Source: Octopus sinensis (lineage: Eukaryota). From it: a stretch of 64,000 nt of DNA. The translations under genes and the position numbers were made by a program. Where the stretch lies: contig NC_043001.1 of assembly GCF_006345805.1 (NCBI RefSeq), forward strand, positions 85,374,001 to 85,438,000. The letters run 5' to 3'. The notes beneath the pieces are model-generated. The model ran no database searches. It was not told the origin of the DNA and saw nothing but the letters and a program-made list of their open reading frames with translations. Position 1 is the stretch's first letter, and every line of letters starts with the position of its first letter. Of the stretch, positions 13,903 through 25,740 are shown piece after piece.

Positions 13903-14124
13903 AGGCGGCGAGCTGGCAGAGACGTTAGCATGCCGGGCGAAGTGCTTCGCGGTATTTCGCTCGTCGCTACGTTCTGAGTGCAAATTCCGCCGAGGTCGAC
14001 TTTGCCTTTTGGGGTCGATAAATTAAGTACCAGTTACGCACTGGGGTCGATGTAATCGACTTAATCCGTTTGTCTGTCCTTGCTTGTCCCCTTATGTTTA
14101 GCCCCTTGTGGGTAATAAAGAAAC
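13903..14124 (+). mobile_element. tRNA-derived SINE (family 1)
   Basis: ggcggcgagctggcaga head; gttctgagt.caaattccgccgaggtcgactttgcc...ggggtcgataaattaagtaccag core recurs at ~10378, 17090, 45252, 47620, 50460 and 59040. Confidence 0.85.
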
Positions 14125-14499
14125 ATATAATGTGAAAGAACGCTTCGCGCTTTTCTAAGTGACGTCGAGAAACGTGAATTAACATTTAGTTGCACTTCTT
14201 TGCGAATCACTGAGCTGTGAAATCAACGTGTATTTTAGCTTACTCTGCTCAGTTAAAAGAAAAATTGAGTAGATTTTTAGAAGCATACTATATTTTAGAT
14301 ACACTACTGCGAATTGTCTTTGTTTTCACCTATGGCGATATGGGAATTCCATGTATACTAGGTACTACGACATTTTTCGTCTATATCTTCGCATGTAGCT
14401 TCTTTAAGAAGTTGTAATATTATGATGCGTGAAAATGATGAATATATGAATTAGTTTTAAATTAAAATAAATGTGAAAATGCAATTCTGCTTGACTTAC

Positions 14500-14632
14500 T
14501 GCTTCGCATGTTGTTCCATTCCGAATATTCGATCCTGCGGTCATTGTACTGGACACCAGCAGCTGCAAAGAGCATACGGCAGATTTCAGCACGGCCACGG
14601 TGGTTGAAGTAGTGGAGAGTGTAGGAAGGCAT
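14500..14632 (-). CDS. S-crystallin gene A, exon 1 (coding part)
   Basis: caaccATG start; encodes [44 protein letters not shown] +1 nt; donor |gtaagt; 133 bp. Not in the ORF track in this frame. Confidence 0.97.
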
Positions 14633-14730
14633 GGTTGATGTTGTTGTGGGTTGTTGTAAAAAGACAAAACAAGAGTCCTGGAGTTGACTGATTAGCAGGC
14701 TGAATCTGGCATCGTCAGATGTGCCGTGTC

Positions 14731-14741
14731 CTTATATATAA
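14731..14741 (-). promoter_or_regulatory. Candidate TATA box of S-crystallin gene A
   Basis: TTATATATAAG on the minus strand ~100 bp upstream of the ATG, followed by Inr-like TCAG (14703-14700) and TCAGTC (14691-14686). Confidence 0.6.
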
Positions 14742-16559
14742 CGGCAAACATTATATTTCATTGTTATCTCCCATTAACATCACAAAGACTTGACCTTCGC
14801 ATTACAAGATAATCACCCCACACACATATACATACAACACAATAAAAACATTATACCTACGCGCCACCGGAAATATACACAATTGCTAACAGACATGCAC
14901 TTACGCACATATACACACACACACAACATATAATAAAGTACTTATACAGTCTAAACATCAAATAGCTAATCAGACCCCTCCCCCACTTCTTTACCACCGA
15001 CTAAACTAATTATTCGTCTTGTATTGAAAATTACCACCTAGTGGCACTGATTCATTTTCTTCTTTAATTATTTGTTTATGTATTTTTTGTTCTTTGCAGG
15101 TAATTAGTATTTTGGTGATTAACATTTTCGCTACCCTGTACGAATTTAATCAAGTTCTACGTTGTATACTTTACTGGGGTAGAGTAGATCAGATAGATTC
15201 TAGTATGTAACTCTTTTTATCGATCTCTGAAGAATAAATGAGAGATCAAACCTAGAAGAATTTTAAATCAAGATATAAATGGAAAAAGTTCAATACTTAT
15301 TCCATATATTTCTCCCTCATTTTAATTGCCTTGTCATCCTTAAATGATGTAAAATTGCTTTTACTCCCGACATCAATATAAGATTCAAAGATTCAAGAAG
15401 ACAGAACTGTATAATACCATTTGTATGATTAATCTTTTATTCTGCACTCATTGATTTGTGATTCGCCTGTTTTTTTCTTTTTCTTACTACCTTGAACCAC
15501 GACGGATTCTTGCAATGCTATCGCTTGAAAATTAATAACGTTATGTAATATTTGTGGTATATTGTTCATATGTACATTATAATATATATTGTGCGTTTTG
15601 TACGTTCATGAAGGGAAGTATCTTCGTTACCCGATCATGGTTTACAAAATCATTAATTTGAGCACTGTTCCCCCATGTTTGCACAGCTCCCACGAATGGA
15701 TCCCTGAAATCAGAAGCTTATACCAGTAGTCTCCCTACGGTATCTTGCATCGACTCTGAAAATAAGCTAAATCGGGGACATCAGTTGTCTGGAAAAAATA
15801 ATTGTAAGGAGAACGTCACTTATCAAGTACACTTTAGCAGAAGATATAGAAGATCCGAATCAGATGCTAATGACTCTGAAGGCTTAAAAGTAAAATGTGT
15901 GGTACAATGTATTATCTTCAAATGTATTATCCTCAAATGCCAAGATTGTTAACCAGCTAATGAGGAAAGGACAAGACCGCTAATATGTTCAAATTCTTCA
16001 TTAACCGTGAATAGCATCATGTCGTAGAAAAAGAGCGGAAAAAGACTAGACATCTGTTACTAATCCATATATTAACTGCAAAGAGGAAGAGGCGATATAT
16101 TCAACTAAGATCATTGCTGTTGTTGTTCCTGTATTTGTTGTTGTTGTTGTTGTTGATGATGATGATGATGTTGATGATAATGATGATGATGATGATGATG
16201 ACGACGACGACGACGATGATCATGAACATGATGATCATGATCATGATTGTAGCCCAAATAAAAAAAAATGGAAGCTGGTCTCAGCTGTTGCTGTTCTGAA
16301 AACTAGGAGCAAGCACATACGTCTAGGAACTTGGAACAAAAGAATACTACAGTACTTTTGTTACTTTAATATAGAAAATAGTTGAAATAAATATTGACAT
16401 ACGAAAATATCTGAAATTACGTAGACGGATAATGGCAAGATTCAAACTATAAAATTATTATTTAATGGTGTTTGCTATTGGAAAAAAGCTAAGAAATTTA
16501 GTAATTACTTTTAAAAAAAGGTTACAGTCAAATCCTTATCTAAATCTTGGATTATTCGG

Positions 16560-16715
16560 ATTTCGGATAGATGTAACTACAAGGAGAGCTCAGTGTTGAT
16601 TCATTGCGCAAAAAGGCTCAAAGATTCATTGAAAGCAACTTTGAAAGATAGCGACATCGAACCAAATCAATAAGGGGATCTTGCTCATGATAGTTCTGCA
16701 TGGAAGGATGTTAAC
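16560..16715 (+). mobile_element. RTE-clade LINE 3' fragment
   Basis: KRLKDSLKATLKDSDIEPNQ*GDLAHDSSAWK matches the RTE C-terminal pattern. Confidence 0.55.
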
Positions 16716-17089
16716 ATCAGTGATTTGATGACGTTGGAATCTTTATGAATCTCTAAGCAGAGATGAAAATCGGAATTCAAAAGTCACACCATAACAAATA
16801 TGTTTGTAAGTGAATATAAATGAGTGCTCTGTGAGAAAGTTTTTCTCGGTTATAACATAATCAGCAAATTAACAGTTCCTTTTTATTTTCATGTTTTCTC
16901 TCATTTTCATGCTCTGCTTCTAATTTTCTTGCTATAGTATATTTTGCCACCGAATTATCATAATGAATTTTAGGGTAAAAACCAGCAAAGAATCGCCAAC
17001 GAGAATATAACTCAAACTTGATTAAAGAGAGAAATGAAAGAATGTGAGCGACTAGTCACTGTTTTTTCCAAATAAAGAATATAGTACTT

Positions 17090-17480
17090 AGCGGGCAGAA
17101 TCGTTAGCTCACCGGGCGAAATCCTTAGCGGTATTTCGTCTGTCGCTACGTTCTGAGTTCAAATTCCGCCGAGGTCGACTTTGCCTTTCATCATTTCAGG
17201 GTCGATAAATTAAGTACCAGTTACGCACTGGGGTCGATATAATCGACTTAATGCGTTTGTCTATCCATGTTTGTCCCTTCTGTGTTTAGCCCCTTGTGGG
17301 TAGTAAAGAAATAGGTATTTCGTCTGTCTTTATGTTGAGTTCAAATTCCGCCGAGGTCGACTTTGCCTTTCATGCTTTCGGGGTTGAAAAATTAAGTACA
17401 TGTTGCGTACTAGGGTCGCTCTAATCGACTGACCTCCTCCCCGAAAATTTCGGGCATTGTATCTAGAGTAGAAAAAAAGC
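17090..17480 (+). mobile_element. tRNA-derived SINE (family 1), composite with duplicated core
   Basis: Two tandem copies of the gttcaaattccgccgaggtcgactttgcctttcat core. Confidence 0.85.
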
Positions 17481-17599
17481 AAAAAGATACCTTCCTAGTA
17501 ACCATGAAAGAAAGTGTACTTCTGGAAAATTTCAGATGACATAACAAGAAATCATAGCGATTCTGTATTCTTTTCAATATCAGGGTAAACATATACTAG

Positions 17600-17928
17600 G
17601 AGGAGACACCCTTCGGTCATGAATGACAATGGCATTGCACCTAGGAAGTTACCTTCCGAGGTACAAATCAGGGCATGATTATTTGTGGAAGGCTAGCAGT
17701 CGCCCATACATACCAGCCTCTCCTCTCCACCCTACCAGTGTTATCCGAGGGAAAGGCAAAGGCTTGGCACCAGTGATGTCGCAACTCATTTCTACAGCTG
17801 AGTTAACTGGGGCAACGTGAAATAAAGTGTCTTGCTCAAGAACACAACACGCAACCCGGTCCGGGAATCGAACTCACAACCTCACGATCGTAAGCTCTAC
17901 GCTCTAACCACAGAGCCATGCGCCTTCA
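17600..17928 (-). mobile_element. tRNA-derived SINE (family 2)
   Basis: Minus-strand head with A box TGGCTCTGTGG and B box GTTCGATTCCC; homologous to 61331-61644, 54695-54908 and ~38830-39150. Confidence 0.85.
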
Positions 17929-18620
17929 CAGACATATACTAAATGGCATGAAATTGTCTATTTGTGTTCTATTATGCATAACACCCCAAACCTGAGACTG
18001 CAGGAAAATTAGGAGTAAAATACGACTAACCAAATGATAGATGATAATATTGCTAAGCAGTAACTAAAAATTCTACAAGAATGAACACATAGTATATAAG
18101 GAAATATCGCAAGTTTTTGAGATGTGGGTATATAGACTTTCGAGAATATCTTGGACAAAAAGAAAGCATTAATATTTTTTTTTTAGTCAACACTAGATTG
18201 AAAACTAAAATATCTATTATAAATATAGTCTGATTTTTAGTATTTCTATTCAGTCAATAGAATGCAAAGTCGTTGCCCAGCTACCAAATTTTTAGGAGCA
18301 CGCAATGACTTAAAACGTATTGAATTCCCATTCTGTATGTAACTTTCAATTTAATACATTTAGGATTGATATCATGTATATCAATTAAGGGCAAGAAAAT
18401 GTTTAGGCTTTCCACTTAAATTTCTATGGTATTGTTCAAGTAGTAGACATTAAAATTACAAATATTTCTTATTGATGGTTTTAAAGGGTTTCAGAAAAGT
18501 ATGCTTGTATGTAATTGGAGGATTAGAAATATTTCACTCTCGGTGAAAGGTCATAGTTCCATGCAAAGATAACCTTTCAGCACCAATACATTGAAACGTA
18601 CCGAACATGTTATATACATA

Positions 18621-19771
18621 CAAGGTTGAGTAAAAAGATTTTTCTGATTTTTCTTATGCTTTTTGGTAATTTGCATATTTATGGCATTAATTTCGAATAA
18701 TCTCTTTTTAATTAGATACATTTTACGCTACCTGGGAAATAAAGGACAGAGTGCAAGGGTATGAAATTAATGATATGGAATCCCCAGGAAATGCCAACAA
18801 ACGTGTGGCACAAATCTGGTTCACAGATTTAAAGGAAGGTGACACCAGCCTCAAAAACAAACCAACGTCTGAGAGACCATCCGATGTAGAAGATGTAGCC
18901 TTTCTTGTTGTGGTTGAATAACAGCCAAGGGCAAGCACACTTACATTGTCGACAGAACGTTGCACTTCACAAAGCACCATTAACTGACACCTCCATAAGC
19001 TTGGCTTTATGTAGAAACGCTGTCGAGAAGCTTCTTATGAAGTGACCAGCGGCCAGGCTCAACAGCGTATAAACGTTTGCAAACAACTGCTGGGAAATCG
19101 TCGAGATAGACGTTTCTAGTATCGAATTTGTAACCGGAGATGAAAAATAGATTCACCTACCTAAACCTAATACGTGGATTCGTTCTGGTCAGAATTCAGA
19201 ACCTGCTGTCAAACCAATGTGCTTTGAATAAAATGTTGTGTTTTTTGTATGGTAGAATTTACACTTTTAATTTTAACAGACGGTTATGCTTTGAACGCTA
19301 ACAATTAGATTAAAAAATTACAGCGACATATAACGATTCGAAAACCCGATACTCGGCATTGGTCACCCGAAGTCACGCACTCTTAGAGCATGATAATATC
19401 CCAGCCTACACTGCCAATGTCACCAAGTGCAACCCTAAGGGACTTGGAGATGTGGAAGTGCTGATCACCCTGTCTACAGTCCAGGCCTTGTGCCACCAGA
19501 TTACCACACCGAGTCCTTTTTCTCTTTTCCTGAAACCACAGAAGATCAAGTACATCGATGAAGTTGAAAATGAGCGGGAAACATTTTTTGCCACTAAGCC
19601 ACCCAAATGGTATAGGCGTGGGATTGCACTTCTGGAACAGCGATGATAACAGGCAATACAATATGATAGGATGCGTTGTGATGAAATAAAACCAGTTTGA
19701 GAGTTTGAATGCAATTTGTTTGAATTACAAGTCACAGCTTAAAATACGAAAAAACCTTTGACTCAACCTGG
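18621..19771 (+). mobile_element. Decayed mariner element
   Basis: TA|caaggttgagtaaaaagatttt ... aaaacctttgactcaacctgg|TA TIRs; relic motifs WF..LKEGDTSL, VTGDEK, HDNIPAY, YSP.L.PPDYH, WYRRGI..L..R. Confidence 0.85.
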
Positions 19772-19815
19772 TACATCTGGTGAGTGTGTGTATATACACA
19801 TCCATATATATGTAC

Positions 19816-19871
<56 letters not shown>

Positions 19872-20045
19872 AACGCGTGTGTGTGATCCATTGGATTACA
19901 CCGGAAGACGGGGTGACATGCGATAGCCGACGAGAAGCATAGAAGATTTTAAGAGCGTATTATGAGGCATTCGCCAAGGACAAATTAAACGGATATTTAA
20001 ATTAAACAGACAGAAAGACAGACCGATACACTCACATAGACAAAT

Positions 20046-20110
<65 letters not shown>

Positions 20111-20136
20111 ATATATAGATAGATAGATAGATAGAT

Positions 20137-20184
<48 letters not shown>

Positions 20185-20677
20185 AGCCACCTTATATCTA
20201 TTTAGCAGATTTTAGAATTAATGCTATTAGGTACGTTGCGTTAAGATGCTGAATATAGTTGTTAAGCTCTGGATGTAGTATGCTAAAGAATGTCATGCGT
20301 GTTTCAAGATGACTTGTACCAAGACTGAATGTCATAAAATCGTTACGTTCATGTGAAACCAAACTTCTGGATTCCAAATTCGCCAGATTTAAATCCTTTG
20401 CACAACTGCGTTTAGAGTGTTATTGGAAATGAGACCAATAAACATCCTCACCTCCGGACGCCGCAATTGTCTTCGTGATGTCCGAAATGTATAAGGGCCT
20501 TTTAGTATACGCATATTAATGATACCAGTCCCTCAATAAGACAGACATTGTTGCTGAAGATGGATTCATAAAAAAAAGATTTCATTGCAATACATCTGGT
20601 TTTTACTAGAACGTTGCTTTCTTTAATTAGCAAAAAATACCTCAAATACCTCTTGCACTCTACACGCATTCTGTTAA

Positions 20678-21794
20678 CACTAGAAGGACCGAATGCATCA
20701 ATTGATCCATTAAGAGATATTAATTGCATACAATTCAAAAACTATTGTAGATTTTGACATCATGGTCCTTGAGGTTTCATATTTTTATGATATCTATATA
20801 CACCATAAATTATAGGTTGTTTGCACCAACTGTAAAAAAAAATAATCCAAATACTACCTATAAGGATCAAACGCGTCAATTGACGCATTGACAACTTTTG
20901 GAACTTTCACCTACTTTTGTTTATAAATACAAGTGGAAATGTTTTAGATATTCACCAATTGCGTAGCCTTTACTGTTCGCAAAACAAAACTGTATTTTAG
21001 TTGGAAGAATATGTCATAACAGAAGGAAATTACCAGGAGCAGTAAAACAGGTGAAACCAGTTTATAAAACTGTACGTATGAAATCCACAGAGAAGCCTAC
21101 TGTCACACTTATATCGTACTAGTGCAAAAAAGTCAAAGTTTGTTGTTGTTTTGAGTACCTTAAATCAAATTGTAGAAGTTCCTTTTGCAAATAACCCCAA
21201 GAAGAAGCCTAACACTATACTTTTTTATAACAAAAATAATGTAGGCGTAGACGTGCTTCATCAAATATCATGGCTTTATTCAGTCAAAGCAAGCAGTAGA
21301 CCATGGCCAATGCATGATTTTTTGTAATATTTTGGATATTGCTCTTATAAACACTTATAAACACTAGTGTTTGCAACTCAGTCATAATTTAACGGGAATT
21401 TATTCAAAAAGTTGCTCAAGACCTTTGTGGTAATTCACCTCACGATCGTCCATGTATTGTCATAAAACCCTATTGAGGAAACATCTACTTCTAGAAATAA
21501 AGTCAGACGTACGTTTGTGAAAACAAAATGCCGAAACAGAAACACAGAAATGTATGGAGTTTATAAAAACCCTGTGTGGCAAATGGGCGCAAAAATACTG
21601 CGATGAATGTTTGGAATTTCAATAAATATCAAACTATTGCGACTAATATCACCGTGAAGTCATAAACTTCATATATTTAATAAAGGTTCTCTACTTCTTT
21701 TCTCTTTTTTCCCCTTTCAAATTGAAAAACATCTTTGTGTCAACTGACGCATTTTGGTCCTTAAAGATAGCTAAAACGTCCGATCCTTATAGTG
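20678..21794 (+). mobile_element. Internally deleted piggyBac element
   Basis: TTAA|cactagaaggaccg ... cgatccttatagtg|TTAG TIRs; subterminal gcgtcaattgacgc-type repeats; relic KKPNTILFYNKNNVGVDVL, YSVKASSRPWP and Cys-rich C-terminus. Confidence 0.82.
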
Positions 21795-22576
21795 TTAGTA
21801 TATCGAAATATTTTGATATAAGGCTAATGTAAAACAAAAATAAAGGCGAGCCACAAAATAAAGTATTTAAGACAAAGAAAAGTTTGGTTAATTTTTGTCG
21901 TCAATTTAAACACAGACAAGACATTACTTTAGGAGTGAGTCGCAGCTGTTAAAGTACGGAAGGCAGTAGTCCAGGCAATTGTCCAAGACGAACTGAAGTA
22001 ACATTGTTAATTGACGTGGTCATACGTTTTAATGCAATTTGCACTTTTCATACAAAGACAGTGTTTGGCAGAGGTTTCAATAGGAAATGTCGCCAGTCGT
22101 CGTGAAACACTAGCAATTTGAAGACTGACAACAATGGCGGCGAAAAACAATAGCAACAAAAACAACAATAATCTTTTGTTCATTTCTTTGTTTGCGTATT
22201 TATTTGCTTCTTGTTTATATTTGTCATGTTATGACTAATAATTGCATATATTATGTGCAGGTATATGTCTTCATAAACATACACACATATAAATATATAC
22301 ATACAAACATACGCACTTATATATATATATATATGTGTGTGTATACCTCATGTACAAAGCCATATGTATGTGTTTGTGTGTGTTTAATATTCATGGATGC
22401 AAATATATATATATATAAGTTTACCTATCTGTTTCGAAAAATTCTTCATGCGAAATAGTGTGATGAAACAGATATACTCATATATCGGGATCGTCATTTT
22501 TTAGTGCATGTGTGTTAATAGTTACCAAGAATTTCTATCCTGTTATATAGCAATAAATACATACACACATACATAC

Positions 22577-22582
<6 letters not shown>

Positions 22583-22672
<90 letters not shown>

Positions 22673-22689
22673 ATATATATATATCTATA

Positions 22690-22732
<43 letters not shown>
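22583..22732. repeat. (TA)n microsatellite (representative of dozens in the window)
   Basis: Direct reading. Confidence 0.95.
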
Positions 22733-22736
<4 letters not shown>

Positions 22737-22795
22737 GCAATACACACACACACACACACATGTATACATACTTATATTTATATATTTACATATAT

Positions 22796-23161
22796 ATTAG
22801 CAGTATTGCCAGGAGTTGCTTGGGTTTGTTTCGACACTTTAGAATTGGAATTTTTGAAAACTAAAAATTTTGCATTCTGTAGCTTGTTATTCTCTTTAAG
22901 TGAACATTTTGGGGTTGAAATACACCGAAAAATGGCAACACAGCAGTAAAAAAATCGTAAAGAATAGAGATTTTCATAGAAAAAAGCACCTTTTTGATGT
23001 AAATAATTTTTGGTGTTAACATGGTCCGATTTTCTTATATGTAATAAAGAACAAGTCTTCTTCTAGCATACTCTCAATTTTGGTCAACTTGCGCCGCAGG
23101 GTCTCGGAGGAGATAGTGTTAGTTGAAGGCTACCAAGCCTGCCATGCACAGACAGATTCTG

Positions 23162-23170
<9 letters not shown>
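22796..23170 (+). mobile_element. Short non-autonomous element, Helitron/Helentron-derived type (tentative)
   Basis: Starts attagcagtattgccaggagttgcttggg (imperfect hairpin), ends cagacagattctgctttatatata, between microsatellites; recognised by architecture only. Confidence 0.4.
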
Positions 23171-23237
<67 letters not shown>

Positions 23238-23251
23238 GCATACATATACAT

Positions 23252-23455
23252 ATTCTTTTATTCTTTTATGTTTCAATCATTTGACTGCGGCCATGCTGGA
23301 GGACCACCTTTAGTCGAAGAAAACAACTCCAGGACTTATTCTTTGTTAGCCTAGTACTTCTTCTATTGTTCTCTTTTTTGCCGAACCACTAGATTACAGG
23401 GATGTAAGCACAGCAGCATCGGTTGGCCAGCAATGTTGGCAGTGACAAACACAGG
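23252..23455 (-). mobile_element. SINE family 3 fragment
   Basis: catttgactgcggccatgctgga...ggacttattctttg repeated at 50676-50870 and 50955-51130; the latter carries a tRNA-like head on the minus strand. Confidence 0.7.
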
Positions 23456-23473
23456 CACACACACACAAACACG

Positions 23474-23504
<31 letters not shown>

Positions 23505-24002
23505 TTTTCTAATTTATATATATACTTCATGCAATTTACGCATGCTTGTACGCGTGCTGATCACAGTTCACATCAAACAGCTGACTGAGTAAAGTTCACT
23601 ATTCAATGCATGGGATAAGGCCTAAACAAACACATTATAGAATTTTGCACTTGCGAGATGAATTTGGGAACAGAAATACCGCAGTTCAATTTTCATTCGT
23701 CTAAACTTTAAGTGACCCATATTTGGTGGTTCTACGATTTGTTGGCTAGGAGGAGATGTGCCGGGAACCTAAACACACAGACACACACACATATACACAC
23801 ACAGACACACAAGTTGAGTTATATATATATAGATATGTATATGTATCTATATATATATAATTATATATATATATATACATATATATATATAATATATGTA
23901 GATAAAATACATACATACGCATATATATATATACTTATATATATATATATATTATATATATATTATATATATATATATAGAGAGGAGAGAGAGAGAGAGA
24001 GA

Positions 24003-24007
24003 GATAA

Positions 24008-24071
<64 letters not shown>

Positions 24072-24091
24072 GTAGATAGATAGATAGATAA

Positions 24092-24163
<72 letters not shown>

Positions 24164-24176
24164 GTAGATAGATAGA
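24003..24176. repeat. (GATA)n microsatellite
   Basis: Direct reading. Confidence 0.95.
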
Positions 24177-24195
24177 CAGATATACATATATATGC

Positions 24196-24783
24196 TTGTT
24201 TGGCATGGTGCAGAGTCCTGTTGTAAGACACACAGTGTTCCAGCAACCACCTTCTTGATCTAAAGCTGCACTACCTCCTCCGGGCACTTGACGTAGGACT
24301 CCTGCTGAGTCTGAGGCCCCGTGGAAAGAGGAATGGAGGCATAACGTGGCCATCACCAGTGATCACTCTAAACACCATGATGCTGCATCATGATGTGTTT
24401 CTTGTCATAGAGTGTGCCCAACTGACCCTACTATACTGTGTAGTGGACAAAATCAAAAATGAACAATGCTCATGCACGAAATTAAATATATAAAATGGTG
24501 ACAAGTTACCCATTGCACCTACCCTCACTTAGCAGTCATTCAAATAGCTATTTGAATAATAACGGTCAATCGCTCAGTAATGTCTCTTTGTATAACGGTC
24601 ATTTTTCATAGCATATTTACGATGGCCAGAGAACTGAAGAGATGGTAGCGTCGACTTCCACCTCGGCATCCGAAACTCGGAGTTTTATCATGACTACCGA
24701 ATAATTGTAACATATTGCATTTACAGATAAATTCCTCTATTTACATAATATCGAGGTCTCTTTCATTCTTTTGTTGGCTTACC

Positions 24784-24787
<4 letters not shown>
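24196..24787 (-). mobile_element. Tc1/mariner fragment (maT/DD37D-like)
   Basis: Relic SDGHVMPPFLFPRGLRL...YVKC.EEVV...VAG..CVLQQDSAPC; bounded by microsatellites on both sides. Confidence 0.65.
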
Positions 24788-24837
<50 letters not shown>

Positions 24838-24841
<4 letters not shown>

Positions 24842-25740
24842 AATATTAGGGAATAAATCCAAATTTACAGGGAAAAAATCAGATTTAGGATTAAATCCAA
24901 TTTTATAGTAAAATATTATAAAATATTATTAGAGACAAAACCACTATTTTGCAAAACAAACAAGGAAAGACTTAATCAATACATAAAATTTTAATAAATA
25001 GTCAAAAAAAACGCCACTACAATTGTTTCTTGTCTTGATCGACAATCTTCAGGTGGACTTCCAATCTAAAATATCAATATTTTAAAATATAAAAATAATA
25101 ATTTTAAAATAATTAAAGTATGAATGAAAAAATATAAATATATAATCCATATAACCTATATATAATCCATATATAATCAATATATAAACAATATATAAAC
25201 TAAAATAAACCTATCAACAATTAAATATAAAATATAAAATATAAAATATAAAACAAAACAAAAATAATAATAATATAATAATAAACTATATATACACCCA
25301 TACACATATACCTAATTATATATAACCATATCTAACTACATACACTAAATCACACACCTATATATAATCCCTATACATACACATAAAAACGTCTAGGCAA
25401 CTATAAATAAAATAGCTAAATACTTCAACACAATACTTATTCATACTCCCACACAACACACATACAACCCACATTCACGCTCTAGAAAACGGACATCACT
25501 TAAAATTATGAACGGAGAAATGGAATAAATGGAATTAAAAATTATATTCACTTGGTAAAACGAATACTACTTAAAAATTATGAATGAAACAATGCAATAA
25601 AACAACAGACATCGCAAATAGACACAAATTACTACGAATTCCTTAACAAACCTACCATGATAAACCAAAACTCATAAAAACATATAATGATAAAATCTCC
25701 CTTTACTAAACTCTATAACATACCTATATAGCAATCCCCC
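24838..25740 (-). repeat. PLE 3' terminal repeat (pLTR copy 1)
   Basis: Near-identical direct repeat of 31107-32016. Confidence 0.92.
25014..25056 (-). ncRNA. Minimal type-I hammerhead ribozyme motif (pLTR copy 1)
   Basis: ccac-CTGAAGA-ttgtc(gatcaa)gacaa-GAAA-caattg-TA-gtgg: complete core, stems I and II paired, palindromic stem III, GUA cleavage triplet. Confidence 0.88.

Noticed and set aside
17850-17928. Bona fide tRNA gene
   Set aside because: A and B boxes are present but run into a SINE body repeated elsewhere; no clean cloverleaf.
22508-24356. ORFs rich in YI, IYLS, HT or poly-L/T/S here and throughout the window
   Set aside because: Translations of microsatellites.
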